In this document: positions 55,444-64,000 of the stretch, piece by piece
How the letters are laid out: each line of letters opens with the position of its first letter
Position numbering within the stretch: position 1 is the first letter of the stretch
Assembly (NCBI GenBank): GCA_964449165.1
Contig: CAYVAT010000002.1
Span: forward strand, 53,436-117,435
Direction: 5' to 3'
Origin: an uncultured Eubacteriales bacterium
GTDB taxonomy: Bacteria > Acidobacteriota > Aminicenantia > Aminicenantales > Aminicenantaceae
Length of the DNA stretch: 64,000 nucleotides
Notes under the pieces: generated by a model
What the model saw: the letters and a program-made list of their open reading frames with translations, nothing else
Databases searched by the model: none
Told to the model about the DNA's origin: nothing
Translations under genes and position numbers: made by a program

Positions 55444-58407
55444 ATGAAAAACTACATCAAATTCTTGTTTATCCTTCTCCTTTGCCTTTTCTGGGCTGAA
55501 TCCAGTTTCGCCCAATCTATATACTTCCCTTATTACGGAAAGAATAAAGTCCTCTACGAGAAGTTCGACTGGAGCCATTACCTAACAGACCATTACGATA
55601 TCTATTACTATGTGGAAAACTTGCAGCTTCTGAAGAATGTTGCCGAGATGGCTGAAAGTGCCTACCAGAGAATTAGCGAAGGAATCAAACATGAGCTTTC
55701 AGCAACGGTTCCTCTTATTTACTACAAGACCTTTACGGATTTGGAGCAGACCAACCTTTTTCAGGTTCCTGAAGGAGTGTTGGGAGTGGCCGAGCCCGTT
55801 CTTTACCGAGTGATCATCCATGGAGATATGGCCCTGGATGAAATTCAGGACCTTCTCGAGCACGAACTCACCCACATTTTCGAATACGATCTCTTATGGG
55901 GGAATCCAGGCGGCGCGCTCTATTCTATCCATCAGCCTCCAGGTTGGATCATGGAGGGATTTGCCGAATATAATACAGAGGCCTGGTCTTCCTGGTCTTC
56001 CCTAATAGTTAGGGACGCCGTTCTCAACGACCGCATCCCAGAGCTCACCGATTCTGGCTCTCTCTTCTCTCGCTACCCTCTACCGCGGACTCCCGATTAC
56101 GACTTTGGCCATGCCATCTATGACTTCATCGAACATAAATATGGAAAAAATGGAATAAGAGAGTTCTGGCAATCCTTGAAAAACTTTCCTCTCTTAGGAA
56201 AAAAGGACCCCATCCAAAGGGCTTTCGACCAGAAACCAAAAGAATTCAATTACGAATTCAAGAAATATCTCCGACAAAAATATAACGATTTTGTTACCAG
56301 AGAGAATCCTGAGGATTACAGTATCCCTATCGGCCCAGAATTCCCCCTCAATCCTTTTTATTTTGCCCTCTCTCACACCCTCTCTCCTTCCGGAGACATC
56401 GTTGCTGCTTTATCTGCCAACATAAAAGAAAGCGATATCGATATCATCCTTATCTCTGCCAAGGACGGTTCTGTCATCAAGAATATAACCAAAGGCTACA
56501 CCTTAAAATATGAACACATCAAGTATGAAGTCGATCCCTCCAAGGGGAGCGATATCACCTGGTCCTCCGATGGCGACAAAATTGCTTTTTTTGCTCGAGT
56601 CGGACAGAAGCACTCCCTCTTTATCATCAGCGCTTTAACTGGAAAAACCTTGAAAAGCATCCAAATTCCTTATGACCAACCTTCTTCTCCTTATTTTTAC
56701 CCCTCTGGAGACGAACTAATCTTTACGGCATTCGATAAAGGAATCCATGATATTTTTAAAATCAACCTAAATACCGATAAAATTCTCAACCTAACCGATG
56801 ATGACCTCTTTGAAAAAGCCCCATCCATATCACCCGACGGCAATTCTGTGGCTTACACCATCCGCTTGGACTCCTACGACAAAATCTTTTTATCCCCTTT
56901 AAACGATCTCCAAAAAAAGACACAGATCACATTTGGTAAAGACAACACCATCACTCCCCACTTTACCTCAGACTCTAAAGAAATATTTTTCTCTGCTGAC
57001 ACAAGAGAAGCATTTAACATCTATTCCATAAACCTCGAGACAGGAGAATTCAAGCGTTATTCGGATGTCAGGACTGGAAACTTCCTCCCCATGCCTTTTC
57101 CCAACAACCCCAAAAAAGTTGTGTTCTCTTCGTTTAACAAGGGAGCCTTCCAGCTTTTTATCAGTGATTTCGAACCTATAGTTGAAAAAAGGGTCAGCTT
57201 TGAAGAAAAGATTCCAGACGAGGGCTTCAAGAAGTTTGAACCCATCATCTCCATGGAAATTAAGAAGGATAAAATCAAGCCTTATAAAGGTATCGGAAAG
57301 CTCTATCTGGCCTATCGACCTCCTGTTGATACCCTCGTTTCTTCAGATGGCTCCATATATGGAGGGTCAGCTCTCGTCTTTACCGATCTCCTAGCAGATC
57401 ACACGTTTTATCTAATGGCCTATCAAGTAAGGAGTTTCCGATCTTATTATCTTGCTTATCTTAACCAAAAAAGACGGTTTCAATATATGGCCAGCGCCTT
57501 TATGTACACGCAGTTCTATTATCCTCCTTATGCCTATTATGACCCCTACTATTATGGACGGCTCACCTACAGCGACGCGCTTGCTTCAAGGAAGATCTAT
57601 GGAGTGAGCTTCAGCTCATATTATCCGTTCAACAAATATTTACGCCTAGAGGGCAGCCTGGGTTTTTATCGCTACGAGGAAGACTTCTTTGATCCCTACA
57701 TCAGAGAATTGCTTCTTTACTCTGGTAGCACTTACAATATGTTTTGGAATGGAAATATTCTCTCTGCATCTTTTTCGCTAGTAGGAGAGACTACCCGATT
57801 CAGGTTTTATGGACCATGCTCAGGCAGCACTTTTCGTCTATCTCTTACGCAATCCATCCCTGTCTCAAGGAGCTTTTTCCAGAATACAACTGTCGAGGTC
57901 GATCTCAGAAAATACCTTTACTTAGGCTCTGACTTCCTCTTTGCCTTTCGCCTTGAAGGCTTCACCAGCCGGGGTAAAAACCCATATGTTACTTATTTTG
58001 GCGGAAACAACCAAGTTCGTTCTGTCAACTATTATAGTCTTATCGCCAATGAAGGATGGTTTGCTAATATCGAATTCCGTTTTCCTCTTGTCAGTTCTGC
58101 CACTACTCTTATCGGCCAATTAGGGCCTGTCCGCGGAGTTCTTTTCTTCGACATGACACGATCAAAAATCAAGGGCTATCCAGCGAAGTTCTATTCTTAT
58201 AAAGGAACAGACATCCAAGGAAATTCTATCATACAAGAATTGGATGCCATCGGTTCTTATGGATACGGTTTTGAGTTTTTCCTTCTCGGACTCCCCCTTC
58301 ATCTTGAGTTTGTCAAAAGGCTTGAGCTAAAAAATATTGCAAGACCTTTTGACATCCAAAGCGTAGGAAGCTTTGATACAAAATTCTGGATCGGGTTCGA
58401 TTTTTAG
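55444..58407 (+). CDS. Omp85/BamA-TamA-family barrel fused to an N-terminal gluzincin-like domain and PD40 beta-propeller
   Basis: Signal peptide; YGKNKV; HELTH plus MEGFAEY; repeated PSISPDG/WSSDG/FTSDS; barrel with GGNNQVRS, EFRFPL, GVLFFD; C-terminal FWIGFDF. Confidence 0.88.
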   Translation: MKNYIKFLFILLLCLFWAESSFAQSIYFPYYGKNKVLYEKFDWSHYLTDHYDIYYYVENLQLLKNVAEMAESAYQRISEGIKHELSATVPLIYYKTFTDLEQTNLFQVPEGVLGVAEPVLYRVIIHGDMALDEIQDLLEHELTHIFEYDLLWGNPGGALYSIHQPPGWIMEGFAEYNTEAWSSWSSLIVRDAVLNDRIPELTDSGSLFSRYPLPRTPDYDFGHAIYDFIEHKYGKNGIREFWQSLKNFPLLGKKDPIQRAFDQKPKEFNYEFKKYLRQKYNDFVTRENPEDYSIPIGPEFPLNPFYFALSHTLSPSGDIVAALSANIKESDIDIILISAKDGSVIKNITKGYTLKYEHIKYEVDPSKGSDITWSSDGDKIAFFARVGQKHSLFIISALTGKTLKSIQIPYDQPSSPYFYPSGDELIFTAFDKGIHDIFKINLNTDKILNLTDDDLFEKAPSISPDGNSVAYTIRLDSYDKIFLSPLNDLQKKTQITFGKDNTITPHFTSDSKEIFFSADTREAFNIYSINLETGEFKRYSDVRTGNFLPMPFPNNPKKVVFSSFNKGAFQLFISDFEPIVEKRVSFEEKIPDEGFKKFEPIISMEIKKDKIKPYKGIGKLYLAYRPPVDTLVSSDGSIYGGSALVFTDLLADHTFYLMAYQVRSFRSYYLAYLNQKRRFQYMASAFMYTQFYYPPYAYYDPYYYGRLTYSDALASRKIYGVSFSSYYPFNKYLRLEGSLGFYRYEEDFFDPYIRELLLYSGSTYNMFWNGNILSASFSLVGETTRFRFYGPCSGSTFRLSLTQSIPVSRSFFQNTTVEVDLRKYLYLGSDFLFAFRLEGFTSRGKNPYVTYFGGNNQVRSVNYYSLIANEGWFANIEFRFPLVSSATTLIGQLGPVRGVLFFDMTRSKIKGYPAKFYSYKGTDIQGNSIIQELDAIGSYGYGFEFFLLGLPLHLEFVKRLELKNIARPFDIQSVGSFDTKFWIGFDF

Positions 58408-58410
58408 GCT

Positions 58411-58621
58411 TTATCCAGAAGTGAGTGATAGAGAAAAGAAGGGACATCGAGTCTTGATTACTGGTGAATAATCCAGGTTAATTACAGGGTAAAGCTGGCT
58501 TTTAAAAGAATTTCACAAATTTCTTGAAATCCCTCAACAAGAATGATAATATAGCCCCGCCTTCTCTGCCAGGCTTAATCAAAGGAAGGTTTTCCACATC
58601 TGTGAATAATTCTGTGGAAAT
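58411..58621. promoter_or_regulatory. DnaA-box cluster upstream of dnaA (oriC / dnaA autoregulation)
   Basis: TTTTCCACA 58590-58598 and TGTGAATAA 58601-58609 fit TTWTNCACA. One-mismatch boxes lie at 58613-58621, 58463-58471 and 58411-58419. Confidence 0.8.
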
Positions 58622-58634
58622 CTAAAGCACTCTC

Positions 58635-59966
58635 ATGGAACCACAAGATAAACGTAATCCTTGGAATCAGATCCTTCAAACCATACGGAAAAAAGTAGAT
58701 AAAAACAGCTTCGAAACATGGTTTGATCCCACCGTATATATTGGACAGGAAGAAAGTTCTCTCTACATTAAAGTTCCCAATTCTTACTTTAAAGACTGGC
58801 TTTCTTTCCATTATGGAAGCCTTATCAGTCAGTGTTGCAAAGATCTCTTTGGAAGATTCTTCGAGATAAAATACATCCATGAGGAAAAGCTTTCTTCCTT
58901 CATGCGCCGTTCTCCTGAGGAAAGGCGGATGAGAAGAGAACCGCTTCTCAATCCTAATCTCAACCCTAATTATACATTTGAAACATTTGTGGTGGGTTCT
59001 TGTAATCAATTTGCCCATGCCGCCTCCACTGCTGTAGCTAAAAATCCAGCTCAATCCTACAATCCTCTTTATATATACGGAGGCGCTGGTTTAGGAAAAA
59101 CTCACCTGATGAATGCTATTGGCCATTTTGCACTTAAACATAACCGTAATCTTAAAATCTTTTATGTTACCACGGAAAAATTTATGAATGACCTGATAAA
59201 CCATCTTCAGTACGGAAAGGTGCTGGATTTTCGGCAAAAATACCGTAGTGTGGATGTTCTGCTCATGGATGATATACATTATCTTTCTGGAAGAGAACGG
59301 ACTAAGGAGGAGTTTTTTCATACATTCAATCACCTCTATGACAGCCAAAAACAGATTGTCATTTCAAGTGATTGTCCTCCCAAAGAAATACCTAATCTAG
59401 AGGAAAGGTTTAGTTCCCGTTTTGAGTGGGGTTTAATTGCAGATTTAAAGCCTCCAGATATAGAAACCAGAATTGCTATCCTAAAAAAGAAGTCCGAGTT
59501 AGAAGGCATTATCCTTCCTGAACCTATTGCTCTTTACATCGCTGATAAAATTCAATCTAACATACGCGAATTAGAAGGATATTTGCGGCGGGTTATTGCA
59601 TATTCTTCATTAAAAGGGAAACCTATCGATCTTGACCTTGCCAAGGAATCCCTAAAAGACCTTCTGGATTCAACAGAAAAGCTTATCTCTGTGGATAAAA
59701 TACAAAAGATTGTCTGTCATCACTTTAAGATTAAGATTTCCCAGATAAAATCCAAAAACAACTCTCCTAAAATATCCTTTCCTCGTCAGGTAGCCATGTA
59801 TATCGCAAAAAAATTAACAAATACTTCCCTTCCAGAAATCGGTCGAAAATTCGGTGGAAAACATCATACGACCGTCTTACATAGCATCAGAAAAATTGAA
59901 AAAGTACGTAACGAAAACCCAGAATTCAACAAAGAGTTAAACAGTCTGTTTAACTCTATCCATTGA
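58635..59966 (+). CDS. dnaA: Chromosomal replication initiator DnaA
   Basis: YTFETFVVGSCN, YNPLYIYGGAGLGKTHL, MDDI, EFFHTFN, RFEWGL, NIRELEG, PRQVAMY, HHTTVLH. Confidence 0.99.
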   Translation: MEPQDKRNPWNQILQTIRKKVDKNSFETWFDPTVYIGQEESSLYIKVPNSYFKDWLSFHYGSLISQCCKDLFGRFFEIKYIHEEKLSSFMRRSPEERRMRREPLLNPNLNPNYTFETFVVGSCNQFAHAASTAVAKNPAQSYNPLYIYGGAGLGKTHLMNAIGHFALKHNRNLKIFYVTTEKFMNDLINHLQYGKVLDFRQKYRSVDVLLMDDIHYLSGRERTKEEFFHTFNHLYDSQKQIVISSDCPPKEIPNLEERFSSRFEWGLIADLKPPDIETRIAILKKKSELEGIILPEPIALYIADKIQSNIRELEGYLRRVIAYSSLKGKPIDLDLAKESLKDLLDSTEKLISVDKIQKIVCHHFKIKISQIKSKNNSPKISFPRQVAMYIAKKLTNTSLPEIGRKFGGKHHTTVLHSIRKIEKVRNENPEFNKELNSLFNSIH

Positions 59967-60081
59967 TAAATAAGGAAGTTAGAAGATTTTTCAACTTTAT
60001 CTTCCTTTTTTATTATTTTTATTATCTTTTTATATATATATTGTATTAGAATAATATTAATTCCTAGAAGGAAGGTGAAAA
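59967..60081. other. AT-rich dnaA-dnaN spacer, candidate DNA unwinding element of oriC
   Basis: About 60 nt of almost pure A/T (ttttttattattttttattatctttttatatatatattgtattagaataatattaatt). Confidence 0.55.
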
Positions 60082-61182
60082 ATGAATTTTTCTGTTAACA
60101 GAAAAGATGTCATTGGCGATCTTCAAATACTCCACGGCATCGTGGAAAAGAGAAACACGATGCCTATACTTGCCAATATTCTAGTCGAAACCGATGATGA
60201 ACAGGTCAATCTTACCGGAACAGATTTGGAGGTTGGCTTCAAAACATACTTTCCTGCTAGTATTAAAGAATCAGGTTCAATTACGGTGTCAGGCAAGAAG
60301 CTTTTCGAAATCGTAAAATCCTTACCAGAAGACCAAAGCATCGAATTTAAAGAATCTGGAGATCTGCTTATGGAAATTATCTCAGGAGAAAGCCAGTTCA
60401 AGGTGCTTTGCTTGCCTAAAGAAGATTTTCCACAAGTGCCAGAAGCCAAGTTCGAGAAGAAAATTTTACTTCCTCTCGATACTATCCATGAGATGATTGA
60501 TAGAGTTTACTATGCTATCGCCCATGAGCAAAGATATTATCTCAATGGAGCTCTTTTAATACTCAAGAAGAATACAATGGAATTAGTGAGTACTGATGGG
60601 CACAGGTTAGCTTATACATTAAAAGAAATAAAAAAAATGAATATTGAGGAAGAAATAAGAGGGATAATCTCCAAAAAAACTCTAAGCGAACTGAGAAAAT
60701 TTGAAGATAAAGAGCTTGAATTTGATCTAGATGAGAATAACCTCTTTTTTAAAGTGAAAAACAAGACATTGATTTCTCGGATAATAGAAGGGAAATTCCC
60801 AAATTTTGAAGCTGTTATCCCGAAAGATAATCCCTATATAGTATCTTTTTCAAGAGAGGAAATAACAGATGCTATAAGACGAGTGGCCTTACTTTCAGCC
60901 GAAAGGTCAAAAGGAATAAAATTTTTCATCCAAAAAAACAATATAAGGCTTTTCTCCTCAAATCCTGAAATTGGAGAAGCAAGAGATAAGGTAGATGTCA
61001 ATTATGATGGAGAGGATATTGAGATAGGATTCAATTCGCAGTACATACTGGATTTTTTAACAACTGTTAAGAGCGATAAAGTTCGCTTTGAATTGAGGGA
61101 TGAAAACAGTGCGATACTCATGAGACCAGAAGAGGAGGATGAATTCAAATATCTATATGTTTTGATGCCGATGAAGATTTAG
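60082..61182 (+). CDS. dnaN: DNA polymerase III beta clamp
   Basis: TMPILANIL, GTDLEV, LNGALL, STDGHRL, SRIIEGKFPN, IGFNSQY, LMPMK. Confidence 0.98.
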   Translation: MNFSVNRKDVIGDLQILHGIVEKRNTMPILANILVETDDEQVNLTGTDLEVGFKTYFPASIKESGSITVSGKKLFEIVKSLPEDQSIEFKESGDLLMEIISGESQFKVLCLPKEDFPQVPEAKFEKKILLPLDTIHEMIDRVYYAIAHEQRYYLNGALLILKKNTMELVSTDGHRLAYTLKEIKKMNIEEEIRGIISKKTLSELRKFEDKELEFDLDENNLFFKVKNKTLISRIIEGKFPNFEAVIPKDNPYIVSFSREEITDAIRRVALLSAERSKGIKFFIQKNNIRLFSSNPEIGEARDKVDVNYDGEDIEIGFNSQYILDFLTTVKSDKVRFELRDENSAILMRPEEEDEFKYLYVLMPMKI

Positions 61183-61301
61183 TTCATTCATCCGAAGAGA
61201 TTTTTAATCCATGTATTAAGTATCAACCTTAATGCATGTATTCTCAGATTATCTCCACAAAATTCAGGAGGGGAGTAAAAAAAGCTTGAAAGAAATGACG
61301 T

Positions 61302-61745
61302 CTATCCATGATTGCCTCCTTTATGGAGGATGCTGGTTATGACAGGATAGAGAAAGTGTCTATTTTTACGGCGAAAATAAAATGCGAGTCCGACAACAGA
61401 AGCAAAAAGGGCAATGACGAATCCGATGATGATCAACTGCTGAGAGTCAAGAGGAAGGAAAGCCGATGCCAAATAGCCGATTAAGATTCCTAAAAGAGAG
61501 CCCAAGAGGAGGGTGGAAAAGATAATGATAAGAGCGCGGTTATAAAGATTCTCTGGAATGTCTATCTCTACTTCATCCCCGACAGATGCATGGAGGGGAT
61601 TTTTAGCCATCAATCGTCCTTTGGAAGGGCGGCCGCTGCTGCATAGTCTTTTGGCAGAGCAATGATTACAGGCATCAACAAGACAGTGGACTTCCACCTC
61701 GGCAAGATCCGCTTGGGCTGAAACCACGAAACCACTATCCTTCAT
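61302..61745 (-). CDS. RseC/MucC family protein (SoxR-reducing system)
   Basis: ACNHCSAKRLC, NPLHASVGDEVEI, two TMs; follows rnfB. Confidence 0.88.
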   Translation of the reverse strand: MKDSGFVVSAQADLAEVEVHCLVDACNHCSAKRLCSSGRPSKGRLMAKNPLHASVGDEVEIDIPENLYNRALIIIFSTLLLGSLLGILIGYLASAFLPLDSQQLIIIGFVIALFASVVGLAFYFRRKNRHFLYPVITSILHKGGNHG

Positions 61746-62541
61746 GTTCCTTCTTGATCCGGCCTATCGCATCTGTTGGGCACTTCTCTATCTCTGGTAT
61801 AGTTTCAGGATTGATTTTCTTGTAATCAATAATTTTTGCCAGATAATTTTCCATTACAATAGCATCGGGACAAGCCCTGACACATATACCACAGGCAATA
61901 CAGGCATTCTGACAGACCTTTCTGGCGAAAGGCCCTCTATCTTGAGAACGGCAGAAGACCATGATGTTCTGACTGAGAGGATGAAGCTCAAGAAGATTTC
62001 TGGGGCATGCATCTACGCATCTTCCACAGGCAGTGCATTTTTCTTCGATAACAACAGGAAGTCCTTCCTTGCTCATATACATGGCATCGAAGGGGCATGA
62101 TCTTACACAGTCTCCTAGGCCCAGACAGCCATAGGAGCACTGTTTATTCCCTCCGACAAGATGAGAGGCATAACAGGTGGAGATGCCTATATAGATCCCT
62201 CTATCTTTAGCGGCTTCGCGAGTTCCTCGGCAGTGAAGACGGGCAATTTTTTTGATAAACTCGCCTGGCTTAACACCTAAAATATCAGCAATCTGGCTTG
62301 CTACTTGCTCACCGCCGATAGGACAGCTGTTAGGCGAGATGCCTCCTTTAGCCACCGCTTCAGCGAAGGCACGGCATCCCGAGTATCCGCATGCTCCGCA
62401 GTTTGCCTGAGGGAGAATTTCAGAGATTCTTTCTACTCTTGGGTCTTCTTCCACGCGAAGCTTCTTGTAAGCAAAGACAAGCCCTACTGAGAAGAGAAGC
62501 CCGAGACCAGCCATGGTGATTATAGGGACCAGGACATCCAT
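61735..62541 (-). CDS. rnfB: Rnf complex subunit B
   Basis: LPQANCGACGYSGC, CPIGG, CSYGCLGLGDCVRSCPFDA, CTACGRCVDACP, CIACGICVRACP. Confidence 0.96.
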   Translation of the reverse strand: MDVLVPIITMAGLGLLFSVGLVFAYKKLRVEEDPRVERISEILPQANCGACGYSGCRAFAEAVAKGGISPNSCPIGGEQVASQIADILGVKPGEFIKKIARLHCRGTREAAKDRGIYIGISTCYASHLVGGNKQCSYGCLGLGDCVRSCPFDAMYMSKEGLPVVIEEKCTACGRCVDACPRNLLELHPLSQNIMVFCRSQDRGPFARKVCQNACIACGICVRACPDAIVMENYLAKIIDYKKINPETIPEIEKCPTDAIGRIKKEHEG

Positions 62542-63116
62542 TACTTTATCATCCCAGAGAAGCCGAAGAAGGCGAGAGCCATGATCCCGGCTACAATAAG
62601 AGTAATTCCCGCTCCTTTTAAAGGTTCTGGCACGTCGGCTAGGTCGAGCTGTTCACGGATTCCTGCCATGATAATGATGGCTAAGGTAAAGCCAACCCCC
62701 GATCCAAAGCCGAATACAACGGATTCAATGAAATTATAATTTTTTAAGGCAGCCAACAAGGCTAATCCCATGATAGCACAATTGGTGGTTATCAGAGGCA
62801 GATAGATTCCCAGGGCTTGATAGAGAGGAGGGCTGATCTTCCGGATGAACATCTCCACCAGTTGGACAAGGGAGGCGATAACCAGGATGAAGGATACTAT
62901 CTGGAGATAATCGAGCGAATAAGGAATGAGAATAAGATGGTTGATCAGCCAGGAAACAACGGCGGTAATGGTCATGACAAAAGTGACCGCCAGTCCCATG
63001 GAAAGAGCCGAATCAAGTTTTTTACTGACTCCCAGAAAGGGACATATTCCCAAGAAATAATGGAGGACGAAATTTTTGATGAGGACGGCAGATATGAGAA
63101 GAGCAACGAGCTCCAC
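62541..63116 (-). CDS. rnfA: Rnf complex subunit A
   Basis: NFVLHYFLGICPFLGVSKK, LGIYLPLITTNCA, GITLIVAGIMALAF. Confidence 0.96.
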   Translation of the reverse strand: MELVALLISAVLIKNFVLHYFLGICPFLGVSKKLDSALSMGLAVTFVMTITAVVSWLINHLILIPYSLDYLQIVSFILVIASLVQLVEMFIRKISPPLYQALGIYLPLITTNCAIMGLALLAALKNYNFIESVVFGFGSGVGFTLAIIIMAGIREQLDLADVPEPLKGAGITLIVAGIMALAFFGFSGMIK

Positions 63117-63118
63117 TT

Positions 63119-63736
63119 TTATCTTCCTCCTTTAGTCTTGTGTTCGATGAAAAGGGCCAGTCCGATAAGAAATCCCAGGGCTATGAAGGCTCCTGGGGGA
63201 AGGATCATGATGATCCAGGGCTTGAACCATGCCCCGATAACTTGATACCCAAAAAAAGTGCCTGATCCCAATATTTCCCGGATGGCACTGATAATAAGTA
63301 AAGCAATGATAAAGCCAATGCTCATCCCAAAGGCATCGAATAGAGATCGGCCGATGGTGTTTTTAGAAGCGAATGCTTCTTGACGGCCCAAGATGATGCA
63401 GTTAACCACAATCAAGGGAACATAAGGCCCCAGACTCTTGGAAAGAGGAGGGAAAAAGGCAGCGAGGAAGCGGTCGGCTATAGTGACAAAAGAGGCAATG
63501 ATGACGATGTAACATGCGATACGTACTTGCCTGGGAATAAGTCTTTTTATAGAGGAGACGACGAGAGAACTGAATATGAGGACAAAAGACGTGGCCAGCC
63601 CCATAGCCAGACCGTTGATCATGGCGTTGGTGACAGCAAGGGTGGGACACATGCCCAGCAATTGACGGAAGATGGGATTTTCCTGCCAGAGGCCTTTCGT
63701 AAATTCTTGGCTGATGGTTCTAGTTGGCATTGCCAT
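63119..63736 (-). CDS. rnfE: Rnf complex subunit E
   Basis: ENPIFRQLLGMCPTLAVT, YVPLIVVNCIILGR, REILGSG, ILPPGAF. Confidence 0.96.
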   Translation of the reverse strand: MAMPTRTISQEFTKGLWQENPIFRQLLGMCPTLAVTNAMINGLAMGLATSFVLIFSSLVVSSIKRLIPRQVRIACYIVIIASFVTIADRFLAAFFPPLSKSLGPYVPLIVVNCIILGRQEAFASKNTIGRSLFDAFGMSIGFIIALLIISAIREILGSGTFFGYQVIGAWFKPWIIMILPPGAFIALGFLIGLALFIEHKTKGGR

Positions 63737-64000
63737 GCTCTTTATTTAATTGCCCTTCTGATTTTAGCTTTTTAAGTTTTTCTAAGGACACATTGACTAT
63801 GTTGAGGACAGCTTCTGAGGATATGGTAGCACCTGTGATGGTGTTTACTTCTGAGGATCCCAGATCATTAAGCGAGGTTGCTGGAGGCTTGCGCAGAGAA
63901 AGGGATTTGGAACAATCTTTGTTTTTCCAGTACTTAAGAAAAGATTCCTGGTCAGTAATTTTTGCTCCCAGTCCGGGCGTTTCTTTCTGGTCGAGGATGG
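63720..64000 (-). CDS. rnfG: Rnf complex subunit G, C-terminal part (5' end outside the window)
   Basis: Hand translation ILDQKETPGLGAKIT...VNTITGATISSEAV...GNAN*; TGAT is the FMN-attachment motif. Confidence 0.93.
   Translation of the reverse strand, partial: ILDQKETPGLGAKITDQESFLKYWKNKDCSKSLSLRKPPATSLNDLGSSEVNTITGATISSEAVLNIVNVSLEKLKKLKSEGQLNKEHGNAN

Noticed and set aside
1-64000. Prophage, integrase, transposase, rRNA, toxin-antitoxin or defence genes
   Set aside because: No supporting motifs were found. The PIN-TRAM gene is the conserved radA-ispD neighbour, not a VapC toxin.

Overview
Bacterial chromosomal window from a diderm, LPS-producing, probably anaerobic organism. Gene style and order suggest the Aminicenantes/Acidobacteriota lineage; this is an inference, not a database result. 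The window contains the likely replication origin region (DnaA-box cluster, dnaA, AT-rich spacer, dnaN at 58.4-61.2 kb). Left of it runs a long, mostly minus-strand housekeeping tract: aspS-hisS-accA, gltX-glnS, ispD/F, PIN-TRAM, radA, mlaEFD-like, dnaB, rplI-rpsR-rpsF, pth-rplY-prs-tRNA-Gln-ispE. The 3' part of an rnf(G)EAB-rseC operon lies at the right edge. The first ~17 kb is accessory: ECF sigma, S46 dipeptidyl peptidase, Spy/CpxP-like protein, two beta-barrel OMPs, GH29 fucosidase, MacA/MacB-permease pair, class III cyclase-TPR, serine hydrolase, orphan E1 alpha/beta and an archaeal-like SfsA. The best unexplained signals are: (1) an exact-spacing ECF-type promoter GGAATAAA-N15-GTCTAA found three times, in front of the ECF gene, a Spy-like gene and a gene-free ~145-nt CU-rich terminated unit (candidate envelope-stress sRNA) bracketed by two 99-bp palindromic repeats; (2) a sigma54-type promoter ahead of a TPR lipoprotein + lipoprotein + gluzincin/beta-propeller/Omp85 fusion operon; (3) the ispE stop codon lying inside tRNA-Gln; (4) a signal-peptide-bearing MEMO-AMMECR1 fusion; (5) orphan E1 subunits with large insertions; (6) small unannotated ORFs. 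No CRISPR array, rRNA, integrase or transposase was seen.
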